DNA of 64,000 nt, from the NCBI GenBank assembly GCA_023920165.1, contig CP089274.1, positions 1,178,001 to 1,242,000 of the forward strand, given 5' to 3'. The notes beneath the pieces were generated by a model. The model was given only the letters and a program-made list of their open reading frames with translations. It made no database searches and was not told the DNA's origin. Positions 36,624 to 50,052 of the stretch are shown here, piece after piece (within the stretch, counting starts at the first letter, position 1; every line of letters begins with the position of its first letter). A program made the translations under genes and the position numbers. The stretch is from Curvularia clavata (Eukaryota).

Positions 36624-37283
36624 GAAGACTGGTGGGCCAGAGCGCAAAGGCTGGCAGAGAGCGGGCGTCGGGCGAAAAAGGGACTGGGTCAACTCAAAGC
36701 ATCTACGAAACGCACCGTCGCAACAAGGGCTGGAGAGTGAGAGATGGCTAGAGAAAGGGTGAGAGGAGTTGTGGTGGTGGTGCACTAGGTGAAGAAGCTG
36801 GTGGCGGGGCTTGGCTACTGGAGTGGTATAGTACGAGGGTCGGATGTGGTGGTTAGAAGAGGAAGGGCAGGCAGGACGCGCAGAGGAGCACTGGGCGGGC
36901 TGGCAGGCCGTGTGCGAGGCACGGAAGCGGAGGGCGAGCCTGGCTGAAGGGGCAAGCGGAGGGTTTGTGATGAGGTCAAGCCGGCGCAGGAGGAGACGAG
37001 GACGAGGACGAGGAGGAGTCAAGTCACGTCGTGGTCGCGCAGCTGTTGGGACTCGGCGTCGAGCCCTCCGAAGGCTGGAACGGCGCACTGCTGCGAGTGC
37101 TAAGCTTCGACACGTGATGGGTGTTTTTTAGCGGCCGGGACCCGCTCTGCCAGGGTGCCATAGTCATTCTGGCCCTAGTCTGCGCGGTCGCGGGCGCTGC
37201 ATGATTTCATCTTGACAAACCGGACGAGGCCATTGCGACAATCTCTCCTCGGCAGCCGGCCCTGTCGTCTGCTTGCCCTCGAC

Positions 37284-38022
37284 ATGATGGCCATGCTGCG
37301 TCTGCATGGCCGCCTCACTGCTCGCCCCGCCTTCCCCTCGCCGATACGGCCTCGCGCGTGCTTGTACTGCTGCTACCAGCACTGCTATTCCACGGGCACC
37401 CATCGCGACGGCGCCGACCACGGCGGGCGCCTGGACGCTGCTCGAGCGTGGCTCGCGGAGCTGCATGCACAGACGATCCCTCTCGAGACTATTGGCGAAT
37501 TGACCTTCAGCACCTCTTCGGGCCCTGGCGGGCAGAATGTGAACAAGTAAATGACCAAGGCTTAATATTATTGTACACGCCGCCCGCGCTGCGCTAACCC
37601 CTTGTGCACAGAGTACACTCCAAAGCCACCCTAAAGGTGCCCCTCGACGCTCTGCTGCCCCACGTCCCTGCAGCAATCCACGGCGAGATCAAACGGTCCC
37701 GCTACCTCGCCCAGAGGTCCAGATGCCTCGTTGTCCATGCCGACGACAGTCGCAAGCAGTCGGACAATGCGCGCAGCTGCTACCGCCGCCTGTTCGACGC
37801 CATAGTCCAGGCCGCACAAGATGCCGTGCCCGCCGAGACGTCGCCAGAGCAGGTGCAGCGTGTCAAACAACTGTACGTTTTTCTTCTACCCGCCGCTTCC
37901 AATCCGACGGCCCGAAAGCTGATAAGCCCTCTAGTCAAAAATCCAATAACGAGCGTCGCATCAAGTCCAAAAAGCACCACAGCGCCAAGAAGTCCTCCAG
38001 GCGAGGCCCCGGCGACGACTGA
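37284..38022 (+). CDS. Mitochondrial peptidyl-tRNA hydrolase, RF-1/GGQ domain (ICT1/Pth4-like)
   Basis: FSTSSGPGGQNVNK/VHSKATL, DDSRKQSDN and a basic tail ERRIKSKKHHSAKKSSRR; introns near 37546-37611 and 37873-37934. Confidence 0.88.
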
Positions 38023-38252
38023 GAAAAGCCCGTCTGCGGGGGAGCTGCCTGCCACACCGTTGCTCAGGTGCACATGCAGCTGACGTGGTTTGACCCCTTC
38101 TGCCGTGGCACCATCTCACGATACATACACTCCAACAAAACCCGTAGCGGTGTAGCTTTGTGGCGTTCACTCCGCTAAAGGGGGTTCGACAGACGACTCG
38201 ACTCGAATGCAGGGTATGCTTGGTAGTGTACTACTCCAGACTAGTCCGCTGA

Positions 38253-39664
38253 CTACGTCTCCGAATCCTTCACTTTTTCCGCTGCCCAAATGTATTTTTG
38301 CAACTCCCCGTTCCCAGGCCAGTATTTCACACCCACTTGAGCCAAGTCATGTGCTTCTTGTCTCTTTCCTTCTTGCTGCAGCTTCTGCGCAAACTCAACC
38401 ACCTTGTCGCCACTTCCTTGGCCCTCTTCCAGTGCGCGAACGTATTTTCGCATCGCAGCACGCGACGCCTTCTGCAGGGACGAGTCTGCATCCGACAGTA
38501 ACCGATGTAAAGATAAGAGTCGTCGAACAGCGACTTCGGCAATTCTGGCGGCTTCCCCGGGGTATTGCTGAACGGTAGAGCTTATCGTGTCCAATGCCCG
38601 ACTCAATCTAACAGCCGTTTCCGCATCCGCGGGGTCGCAGCCATACAGCTGCATGTCAAATCTGCACAGGGCAGTCTCCACCGCCTGTGGCGACGTCTCT
38701 TGCAGGTAGTCTAGCACGTGCTGCAGGATTCGCGGTATGCACGAGAGCTGCTCAAACTCGGCGAACATGCAGAAAAATCTCCCCGCAACTCTAGCGCTCC
38801 CCTGAAACTGTTTCATGGCAGAATCAAAGATTGCCAAGGGAATCGCTCCCGTAAGAACCGGCGCAGACGCCAGGTTCTGCAGAGCCACCTCGTCTACACC
38901 GTCGTCCTGCTTCAGGCTGGGGTTGACGTCCTCAGCCGTCACCTCTGGAAGTGCAATCATGTCCTCATCGCCGTCCTCATCCGTGCCTGCCTTCTTGGTG
39001 CGATCAACATCAAGACCCAAAATCTTCCTCCTGCCCGCAATCTTGCCCACGTAAATAGTCTCGAGCTTGGCATACTCGAGCCACATGGTTTCCTGGCTTT
39101 TACAGAAGCGCAACCCCCGCTGCATGTAACTTCGCGCATTCGTGATATCGGCCTGGGTATCCATGAAGTAGTTGGCCGCGAGAATCCATATGTCGGGCTT
39201 GGTGGGATGCAGCCGGGCGACAGAGGTGAAGATGTCGTTTAGTCTCTTGTATGCCTTATCCCTCCGCGCAAAATCAATATATTGCATCCACAACGTGAGA
39301 TCGCCAGAGAACTTTCTGGTCGCGCGATTGTAGAGAAGATAGATGGTCCGCTGTCCCGAGCCTTTGTACCGCACACCTAGTCGCTTGATCCGTTTGCGCC
39401 GTAGAGCGTCGACATTCTTCTCAAACTCAATGTAGCGCATGTAGTCTTCGGGGTGCGAGCCGCGGGCATTGATGATGTGCTCGAAATCCGAGCGCTTCTT
39501 TGCTATAGAGCCGATTTCCTCCTGTGCAGAATGTTAGCATAGCTGCTATGAGCATGCGAAACCATGTAGCTTACCCTGCTGAAGATTTTTTTGCGCTCAA
39601 GCTCGTTCAGCTCTGTCGCCGACTGCTCGAGGTAAAAACGCGCCTTGTCACTCGGACCCGCCAT
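38253..39664 (-). CDS. UTP6: U3 snoRNA-associated protein 6 (HAT repeats)
   Basis: MAGPSDKARFYLEQSATELNELERKKIFSR/EEIGSIAKKRSDFEH..DYMRYIEFEKN..RATRKFSGD..ARSYMQRGLRFC; one intron near 39522-39574. Confidence 0.93.
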
Positions 39665-39908
39665 GCTTGCGTCGCGTGGTGTTGCTAGGAAAGTTGCGTT
39701 CAAAAAAGTTGGCTGGCCCAGAAAACTATTAGGCTAGAGTTGCTCCCGCAGATAGCGCCTTGGCCTGCGGAGCGCGGACCCTGGCCATACGTACCAACTT
39801 CAGGAGTCTGGCATGTTGGTCAGATCATCACCCATTCTCCACGCTCTTTAACTTCTTTCCTTGTTTCCAATGCTGGAGGGTCATTGAAGCCCTTTCTACT
39901 GCTGCATC

Positions 39909-42900
39909 ATGGTCAAAGACAAGGACGGCGACACGGTCGCAACGGTATGCACAGCAAAACCAGGCACTCCCGAGGCCGCCGCATGCTCACACCATACAGT
40001 TCAATGGAAAATGGATATCGTATTCGCATACCGCCATGGCCTACAGTATGTCGACGGAGCCTATCCGTACACGTTGTTTACTCAAATGAACTGCAGGCGC
40101 CTTTGTCGGAGCCCTCGTAGTCGGAATGTACGCGAATTGCCCTACCCACCCACCCCACACGACACGGCTAAACAACTATTAGATGGCTACACTATCACAA
40201 GATTGTAGAGAATGAGTTCTATGTCAGTACCAAGGCGCAATCGCTCAAAACTGTGTTAACAACATGACCAGGGCTACCCAGACGAATGGTTCCCCTCCGT
40301 GTCCGCGACTATTGGCGACCGCTATCCAGAGCGTTCTGTTTTTATGCTGTTCATTGCTCTTACGTCTGGTAAGCACTTGAATCAGTTAGTACGCAGCATA
40401 GCTAAAGAAACACAGGTCCCCGATTCGCTCTTGTTGGACTTTGGTACGTCTTGACTCGTCGCCCGAATTCGTCCCTACCCAAGTTCATTGCGGGTGTCGG
40501 CATCTTCCGAACATTGACCTGCGGAGGATGGACCTATGTGACCTCTACCGACGACCATGACTGGCACGATATCTTTATGATCTCCTATCTTGTTGCAACT
40601 CTCCCATGGACAATCGGTTGCATCGCCCTTAGTCCCCCGAACGCCACAGCGCTCAAATACAGAAAGGCCCTGGCTGGAGCTTTCTTTGGGACTCTCGTGC
40701 CCTTGATCTACTTTTTCATACAGCACAAGGTTCACCGTGTTGCTGGAGGTATGTTTTTGCTGCCTTGTTCATTTAATTCATGCTTACCCAGTGTAGCGTA
40801 CACCATCTATGCTTTCTTCGAATGGTCCCTGGTCTTGCTTGACGTAGCTTTCGACGCTATCACAATGATTGAGTTCCAGCATTTCGAGGTTGTTATCAAA
40901 GACGTACGAGGTCTATCTCGCGTGTACGTTCCACGTCTCCCGAAATAGATAGACATTCCATCACCAATCTATTCTTATTTGACCATTTTCTGATCCTCTC
41001 TTTCTATAGTGCGGGCTCCAAGTCAGTCTCCGATGCTGTTCAGGAGTAAGTTTTTTGCCATCATAAAAGATCGTGCAGCGTATCTAACCTTGCGACAGAA
41101 AAAACAAAGAGATTGGCGCCACCTTCTCGGGTGCTTTTTCTTGGTTTGGTCTCATCTACGCGGCTGCAGATGTGTACAATGGAGTATGTTACACTAAAGC
41201 TTGATGCATACACGGCTAACCATCATCTAGTTCGTTTTCTGGTCCATGTTGACTTCGCTTGGCGTGTGCGTCTGGTGTATGTTCATCTACTCTACTGACA
41301 AGTATCTACTGACTCCAGCTAGACTTTCCTCTCTGGCACATGGGTATATCCGGCTACGAGGCCCTCGTCATGTGCACCATTACTCCCTTCTTCCTCGGCA
41401 TCAAGCCCATCCGCTACCTTGCCACGCGCTACGTCTGGTTCTTCCATCTGCTTTCGCTTTCCGGACTTCTTGCTTTCCTCGCCAAGACACCCGTCAACCG
41501 ACTCTTCGCTGTTGGCTTCGGTCTGTCCATGTCATGCCTTGCATGGTCAGCCACGTTCTTCGCAGAGCGATCGCAACCGCACCGCCTCGAAGGCCGCATC
41601 ACTGCGTTCTCCATTGGTCTAATAGCCTCTAGTGTTGCCAAGTTCGCTTTCTGGACAAATAACCCTATCTGGCCGATCATGCACGAAGCCAACGGTGGAT
41701 GGAACAAAACTGGTCTTGTCGTAGCATTCATCTCCATTCTCATATCAGCGAGGTCAACCGCCGGCGCTGGCGCCGATGTTCCCGCTCAAGGCCCTACAAA
41801 AGGCTCTTCCGTCTTTGCCAGTTTTGGTCTTGCTGGAGTGCTCTTCTCCATGCATTCTTTACTGTCTGACTCGAGTACCATGATCTCCTGGGTATGGGAA
41901 GGTTATCCTGTCCGTGGTCCCTTGGCCGTTCCCCACGGTACCCTGACACTGCTTGCTATGGGTGTTGGTCTTATGATCGGATTATTTGCGCCAAATCTCT
42001 CTCGATCATGGGCATTCTATGGCATTGGCTCAATTGGTGCTGCAGTATTGACCACCACTGGCCACTGGACGGGATTCTATGGTGCTCTTGTCTTGGCTAT
42101 GTATACCATGGCGGCAGCGCCAACTCTCATTGCGCACGCAGCTCGTCACTCACCGGGCCGCACCTTTGGCCTTGCCTTCCTTGTCTACAACTTCATGGTG
42201 CTCTTCCATGTCTGGGTTGTAGCATATGCCTTCGTTCCAGGTGGTCCTCTTGTTCGCGAGCACACCGACTGGGTCATGACATCAATGATGCTGCAAATTG
42301 GTGCTGGTGTCTTCAGCGTATCTGCTCAGCCACCTGTGCTCAAGAGCTACAAAGGCAAGGCTGTCATCACCGCAGCTGCTAGCAGACAGCGCTCGTACTA
42401 CCTCTACGTTCTCGGTGCCTTGGAACTTCTCGCCGTTGCAACCGCCTACCTGCGTTTCCCCTCCTACGACTACAAGCCCTACCACCCGGAAACCAAATCC
42501 ATCACGGCAGGCATCTGGACAATCCACTTCTCCTTGGACAACGACATGTGGTCATCCGAATACCGCATGCGTGATCTGGTCAAGGAGCTTGAGGTCGATG
42601 TTATTGGTCTACTCGAGAGCGATCTCCAGCGCATTATCATGGGTAATCGCGATACTACTCAATTCCTTGCCGAAGACCTAGGCATGTATGTCGACTTTGG
42701 CCCTGGCCCTAACAAACACACTTGGGGCTCCGCCCTCCTCTCGAAATTCCCTATTGTAAACAGCACCCACCACCTCCTTCCCTCGCCCGTCGGCGAACTC
42801 GCGCCTGCCATCGAAGCCACGATCGATGCGTACGGCGAAATGATCGACATCTTCGTCTTCCACTCTGGCCAAGAAGAAGACCCAGAGGATCGCCGCTTGC

Positions 42901-43368
42901 AGTCTGAGTATCTGGCTGAGCGCATGAAGGCTACACCCCGTCCGGCTATTCTGCTTTCGTACCTTGTCATCAAGCCTGGTGAGGGCAACTACAACACCTA
43001 TGTAGGCGAGAAGAGCGGTATGCATGATATTGATCCCAGTGACTGGGACAGATGGTGCGAGTACATTCTGTACAAGGGTCTCAAGAGGACGGGTTACGCT
43101 AGGGTCTCGAGACACACGATCACCGATACGGAGTTGCAGGTACGTATTGCTCTCCCCTTTATTCTTTATTCTTCTTTTTTCCTTCAATGTGCTAATGAAA
43201 GAATGGCAGGTTGGCAAATTCGTGGTTGGGGAACCGGAAAATACAAGCAATGAGCTTGTCCACGAGTCGCAGGTCCCTGCTGGATTGAGGTTCCCGGATC
43301 TCTTCAAAGGAGAAGGTGTTAGGGGTCATAGGTACCATGTCTTTAATGAGCCGAGGTACTTTGCTTGA
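39909..43368 (+). CDS. CWH43: GPI lipid-remodelling protein Cwh43 (Frag1/PGAP2-like N-terminus plus PGAP2-IP nuclease-like C-terminus)
   Basis: [74 protein letters not shown] and [15 protein letters not shown] motifs. About ten introns, with several very short 5' exons. Confidence 0.95.
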
Positions 43369-43440
43369 TCTGGGTTTGCGATTTGGAGAAAGCGAGAAAA
43401 GGTATCTTGGTGAGGAGAGTGTGTTGGTGAAATGTATAAT

Positions 43441-44230
43441 TAAGGACAGGGGCGACAGAGGTACTCTGGCACGAAGTAGATAATAGTGACTGCTATTAAG
43501 TATATAAGCGCTAATGGTAGAGTACTGCTATCCTTTATTATCCCGCTAGTCTTTTGACGTACTAAAGTGACTAAACTATAAGTTCTCTAAACGCGGTTAT
43601 TGTAGTTGTTAGAGTAGCTTGTTGTCATAGGCTGAGCCTTTAGAGGAAACTGTTGTAACTATTCACTGCCCAAGACTCACCCAGTGAGACAGCCTATCGA
43701 GATCCGACCAAGAGCTGGGGAAGACCTAACAGAGACCCGTACTGGAGGTATAAGTACCCGATACCTCCTATAGATGTTTAGTAGATTTCTAATGTTCTTT
43801 CGTACCAGGCCTATGAGTGTTTACTGAATCTAAGGTGTTTCCACTCTCCTGTCCCACGCACTTCCATATGCCTCTAAGTAACCCCATCTACCGATACCGA
43901 TTTGGCTAGTTTTGCTAGTGCCGTTACGCTGTTAGTAGTTGCTCCGATCACTGTTTTAAAGCCAAAGTTTGGATTATTTGAGTATCTTTTAAAGAGACGA
44001 GACTATGTACAGCTGTAAAGTCTCTAGCTGTAGCCGACATATTAGTTATATTCAGTACGACTATAGAAGACGTGAGGTTATTTACTGGTAGCCAAAGTAG
44101 CAATCCGTGTAGCGACCCTATATAACCTTAGGCATTATAGTAGACATAGGACTGATTATAGCTTGTCGCGCTAATCGAAGGTTCTTGGGGCTAGATACTG
44201 ACCTTCTCTATATGACTAATATAGTTACCT
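43441..44230 (+). mobile_element. RIP-mutated Fot1/pogo-family (DDE_1) transposase relic
   Basis: 43486-43542 translates VTAIKYISANGRVLLSFII (cf. VTAIECISADGR.LLPLII). It is followed by PAS..TY*SD*TI (cf. PASTHRSNWTT) and L*P.DILV at 44028-44047 (cf. LQPCDISVF). Hand count for 43481-43620 gives ~24 TpA and no CpA. Confidence 0.7.
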
Positions 44231-44783
44231 CTCATTTGTTCTGGTACGGCAGGTGTTGTAATACTCAGGGAGGGACGTTACAACATATCTCACACGTCAT
44301 TAAAGAAAGGGTGTCAATCACAGAGACAAATGTCCGTTTTTCTTTTTCTGTTTTTCAATCTTGCTCTCTTGGGAATCCGCTTTAACTTGCCGCCTGTATG
44401 CAAATACTACAGCGCTTCGATGCCGCTGGTGCCAGCCACAAGATAGAAAAGGTTGCATAAGCCTTTTCAAGGAAGAAAAGGCAACATTGGTGTAAAATAA
44501 AATGAAAAGACGCCAGTCCCTGATGCATCAAGTACGTGAGTACATAGTCTCCCACGCCTATCCCTCGTTCGCAAAGCCTAAATACCGGGAACCCATAATT
44601 TTTTACTTTCGCTGCTTCCCACACCCACTGCTTGCTCCGTAGATCATGGCATGCATGCCTGTCATCATCATCATGCCTGCCATCATCGCCACCACCGCCG
44701 TGTCGTTGACCTCCCCAGAAGCGGTTTACTCTCCCTTTACTGCCATGAACGAGAATGCACAAAGACGCTTTGCGGGACTAGAC

Positions 44784-46214
44784 TCATTTCGCAACAGCAG
44801 CGCTCAGGACTTGGGTCCTGAAGAAGCCACCCTTTGTTCGCTCGATGACTTGCTGGTAGACGGATTGTGGGGGGTGGTTCATGACGACTGTGCCGGCTTG
44901 GTAGTCAATCTTTGCGTCTACCCGAGTATCACGGATGAGGTTGACGATCCACTTCTCACCTTCGTCCTGAGAGAGACCGAGGCGAGTTGAGAGGTCCCTG
45001 CGAAGGAAATTAGTAAAAAACAAGGTTGTAACAGAAATTGTCAAAAACTCACTTGATGTCGATCCTCTGGTGAATCTTGCAGTAGCTCTCAGAGATCAGG
45101 TGCCTGGCTGCGTCTACAAACTGGTCTGCCGCACCCAACAGGAAGAAGTCGTTCTTGAGAATCTCCTCAGTCTCGCTGAGCTTCTTCTGTGCCTCCTCAA
45201 AATCAAAGTCGATGTACAGGGCCTTGATGAAGTCGGTGACAGGGTCGCTGTACTCGTAACCTTCTTGTCGTACGATTCGGATGAGGTCCTTGAGCTGCTT
45301 CTGGTATTGGTTCGAGTTCCTGCCGCGGTTGCGGCCGGTGATGACGGCGGCAGCGAGGTAGCGCAGGATCCAAGGGCAATTTGTCTGGATGGTGTTGATA
45401 TAGGCAGGGGAGAAGAACATGTCGGTGAGGGTCTCGCGCGAAGTCTCATGGTTGAAGAGAGGGAAGAGCGACCAGTGGATCAACCAAGTGCGGTGCTGTA
45501 ATTGTGCGAGGGGGTTGTTGAAGAGTCGTGTGTCGATGATCTCCTTGAGCTTGTTGATCTCCTCCATGGCCGAGTCCCAGTTGACGGACAGGATTTCGCA
45601 AGCGAGCTTACCCCAGGTGGCTTCGCGCTCCTTGTCACCATCGGTGGTCTGTAAGAGTAACAGGGTTAGCAAGCCGTGACGCGAAGTGATTGTTCTTGAG
45701 CAGGGAGACGTACGAGAACCCTGAAGCGGTAGAGCAGCTCAGCAGCATGTGGGTACACACCACACGAGTACTGGAACTGGCCAAACTCCAATAGCTGGTT
45801 GACCATTTCCATCTCGACACCGTGGCTCTCCTTCAGGTAGGCCAAGTTTTGCTGCTTGTCGCTGCGCAGATTTGTGACGACGTTCTCGTCGTCCAAAAGG
45901 CCGCTAATCTTGCTGGTGGCCTCCTCGAGCTGGTCGCGCTTCTGCAGGACCTCCTCGCGCTTCTTCTTGTACTCGTCCGACATGTCGGAAAGGCCGTGGA
46001 CCTCCTGGTGCAGCTGGCCGACGAAATCGGTCATGTTTGTGGGCTTGAGCAGCTCGAGCAGAAGCTTCTTCTGCTCCACGGTCTGCTCGGCCTCTTCATC
46101 GCTGGAGAAGTTGAGGAGCGGGTAGATGAGGTGGCGGTCGAGGTTGGGCATGAGCTTGGGGAGAAGCGAGTATTGTTCGGCGACGTTGGCACCGGATGCC
46201 GCTGAGTCCGCCAT
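44784..46214 (-). CDS. INT6: Translation initiation factor eIF3 subunit e (Int6)
   Basis: [58 protein letters not shown] and a PCI domain ([34 protein letters not shown]). Two introns; ACCATGG start context. Confidence 0.96.
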
Positions 46215-46465
46215 GGTGGGTGGTTGTCGCAGTGTGGTGGACGGCGGGGTGTAGGTGGAGGTCGCGAAATTCGTTATGTCGGCGGCGGTGGTGGGGGTTG
46301 GAGGATGAAAAACGACTGTGCGCAAGCGAGGACCCCTGTACGCTAAACTTGTGGTGTTGAGCCGCAATTCATGCCAGCCGCCCGCATCGTCATTATCCCG
46401 GCTGCATATCCTCTGGTCTCGTCGTTCTGATTTTGCGGAAGACTTTTGGCTTCTGATATATCGCA

Positions 46466-47224
46466 ATGCCTCGTCTGCAGTCTTTCGCCTCTCTGCTGAG
46501 GCCATTGGCTGCCCCACGAGCTGTCGCATCCCGGCCGTACTTGCGCTTCTCCACAGCAAGTATATGGCAGGCTGAGCGTCAGTTCAGCGCATTTCTTGCA
46601 CACACAATGTATGGCGACTGACGATGAATAGAGCCTCCGCCAAGCGCTAATCCCGTTGCCCAACCTTCCCTCCCGCCAAACGCCTCTTCCCGACACCCAT
46701 CGTCACCCCAAGAAGCCCAGCGCGCCGCCGACCTCGCAGCAGCAGAGTCCTTGACCGAAGCCGACAGCGCGCAGCCTCCAGAGCGCAAGCCGGCCCTCCC
46801 CTCAAAGCACCCGCGCGCCGATAACAAGCCAGCAAGGCCCTCAAAGACCGATCATGTCGCACCCACATCCGCCTCCGCCCCTGCGAACGTAGCCAACACC
46901 ACATCTGCACTCAAGCAGAAGTCTTCCAAGAAACCCAAGACACCACAGGCACCTAAGATATCTCTCCCGCCACCCAAGTACTACGTCTCGAGATCATCAA
47001 ACAAGAACCTGCCAATCTACACAGATTACAAGCGCGGCGGCAATCTACATTTAACGACTGTTCGCAAGATCACTGGCGACTTGTCCGCCCTGAGGGACGA
47101 GCTGAGAGTTTTCCTGAACAAGAAGAACGAGGATGTCACAATCAACAGCCTGACACGCCATGTCATTGTTAAAGGTCATCACACGGGCGAAATTGCTGAT
47201 TTCCTAAAGGCAAGGGGTTTCTAG
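46466..47224 (+). CDS. IMG2: Mitochondrial ribosomal protein mL49 (Img2)
   Basis: Presequence-like MPRLQSFASLLRPLAAPRAVASRPYLRFST, intron 46578-46631, and C-terminal YYVSRSSNKNLPIYTDYKRGGNLHLTTVRKITGD..VKGH..FLKARGF. Confidence 0.9.
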
Positions 47225-50052
47225 AGGGACTGTTGTACGTCATGACTTGGGAGGACCGAAATTTTGTCGGAACTGGAAGTTGAAAATAATCAAGAAATAT
47301 ACTCATTTCTTGTGTACTATGTTTATGTGTATATAAAAGGTCACCAGCGGTCGGACCGGCATCAGGCGTACCATGTGTATATGGCCGACTGTAGACTGAC
47401 AAGGAAATTTCAGCTACCAGCAACCCAATACACGTATATGGATAGCCTGCATATTTTTTTTATCCTTTGAAACCGGCCATCACATGGAGAGAGTCAAACA
47501 CCTTTGACCATTCAAAGTGTACAAACCCTTGCGTTGGAGGTCTGTCCTTTCAGCTGTCATTATGACCTGTATTTGGCCCTCGACGTCTAGTTTACGTTTT
47601 AGCCTTCGAAGTCAGCCATACCTATTGGAGCAATTTCCGCGCCGCCGAACCGAGTCGCGACCGCATGAGCATCATTTCTACCCACAGGCCACCTGCGAGT
47701 AATCTCGAAATCACTCTGGAATTTTCCATAGTATTACTTTCGTACTGTTGACGACATTGCATGTGCCTCCAGGGAGCAGTTGCGGCGTATTCTAAAATCT
47801 TGGGCATTGGCTCTCTGACCCCTTAACCATTGCTTTGCCCCTGGATAGATGCTTTTGCCCTTTCCTCGCAGTCAGAAGTGAGAAAATCCTATTATCTCGA
47901 GATATCAGCAGCAGCGAGGTATGATGGCACCCCTGTACAGGCCGAATCAGGTAAGACGTGCTCAAAGGAGCTGGCTTCGTTGCTTTTGATTTCAATTTCA
48001 ACCACCCTCAAGCCAGCTATGTGTTTCAGCGCGGAAGGCGCAACCATTTAATGCAACTTTTGAACCCTGACTATGTGGGCAGTCTTCCGCGAAGCAAATT
48101 TGACCAGATGGAGTACTCGAATGTATTTAAAGACATTCGTTTGCGCTACTACACCATCGCCTGGTCGCTTCTGGTGCATGCTTTGTTTTTGGGTGGGCGG
48201 AGTAGACCGAATCTCTCCAACGCCCAAGAATCTCAAAGTCTCGACATTTCAAGGCTCCTCACCATCGCTGCGTTACAGCTAATATTCTATGCAGCTGTAT
48301 TGTTGAGGTCGAAGTGGGTCATATGCTGCCGAGAAGAGCTTGGTGTAAAGCTGGGATAGAGTTGCATCGGCCGAAAAAATCGAAGAATCCTCTGAATATT
48401 GACGGCACGCAAGTCGACCAGGCCGAGTGTTGAGGTACCAAAAAAGAAACTCTTTTCCAAGCACGCTAGGCCGGTACCGGGACTGAGAGGTGTATGTGCA
48501 CGTAGCGCTCGCCATATTAACGCTTCCTAGAGACTATTCCGCATCTTGGCATATTCCCTATACGAGAGGCCGTAGTATCTACTCAGGCAAACGATTCTGG
48601 TCCGAAAAACCTGGTGTTCCTTGCTGAAAGCAGAAAATTTATCGAATTTTGACATCTCATATTCGTCAAGCGTATGATGAGATATGGGCTTGGATCTGGA
48701 CCAAAACTTGTTAGCCGGGCCTGTGGGACAGTGTAGGGATGACGACCCTCTAGAAGAACCCAAATGTGGCCAATGGTTCTTTCAGGGACGCCCTAGCATA
48801 TCTGGATGCGCTTTTCGCGTTTTAGAAACAGCAAGGCAAGCAAGTCCACACTCATCGTAGGCTGCACGGCATTCTCAGCCTCGGTATTGTAGCTCCTCCA
48901 GTACCATTTCTACTCGGCCCTGCATCTTGGGAAGCTGCTTTTTGACATTTGCAGCTGTCAGCGATCATAGAAATGACCGACAAGACTAGCACGTGGCAAA
49001 CAGGAACAAATCGCACATCAGGGGGGCATCAATGACTATAGATGGAGGGAGTGTACTGACAACCTGGCAGCAGATGCGCACACAACGATAGATTGGTGAC
49101 CAGGGTGTGGATCAACTGGCTCCTGCACTCGAACGACGTTTGGGCATCATCTGGGTCCCTTTTAGCGAAGCCACCAAGACAAAGAGGTCAATGTCGCCCT
49201 ACAAATACCCACCACCCTGCCATATTTTGCTATAGAAACGTGCAAGTGTAGCTTCTGAACGGACAAAAATATGTCAGATGCCGGCTCCCCAATATAATGA
49301 TTTCATCTGCATGATCGAATTCTCTAGAAACTGTTTCTCGATACGAATCAGTCGATTGGGACTAGGAGGATTTTGGCGACGTCAGCGATTTCGCCGACAG
49401 CGAGGCAGGGCTTGAGTTTTGGTCCCTTTGGCGCACGCGTTTTCCTTTCAAAGGCCCGAAGCTTGCTTGGTCCGTGTAATGATGAATATTTACGAATACT
49501 TAGGTTGAAGTAAGTAGTGGTCAAGCTTGTAGTTCTCTAGCTGCTGTGACTGGTTTCGGTCATTTGGGCCGTAGCAAGCTTCCCTAGCAAGGATCAACCG
49601 CAGAAGCGCGTGAATACCGGCATCAAGAATGTTTTGTAGCTAACAGATACAGTGCCTCTGAAACTATAAATTGAAATTTCGTAAGTGCGGCTCGACAGGT
49701 GTTCCCTCAGAAACCCTGACTCTAATAAAGCACCTTTGCGACTTGACCGTGATCCGCGGGAGTACTTTCGCGGCTCCCTTTGCAACACGTTAGTCGGCAA
49801 TGCATCTTATTCAACCAATGACTAATATCAATCAAAGCCACATTTGACGGTTAACGATCTCGTTTCGACACTACTGTTAAGTCCTAGAAGATACCTCTTT
49901 CGGGAACTTACGAGCCACATCTAAGCGCCCCTGCCTGTTATTCGAAAATCGCCCACAGGCTACTTCCAATGTTAATTCTCTGGTGATCTTTCGATCCAAA
50001 TCGGTGAAGTGGATAGGCAGCCTCAGGAAACCAATATTACGCAATTTGCGGT

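Noticed and set aside
43651..44285. 9-bp inverted termini TGTTGTAAC...GTTACAACA suggesting a solo LTR
   Set aside because: No target-site duplication (GAAAC versus TATCT), the RIP signal extends beyond the left end, and the interior matches a DDE_1 transposase better.
46215..46559. In-frame upstream extension of the eIF3e ORF with extra ATGs
   Set aside because: It overlaps the IMG2 coding start on the other strand, and the ACCATGG at 46214 fits the expected N-terminus.
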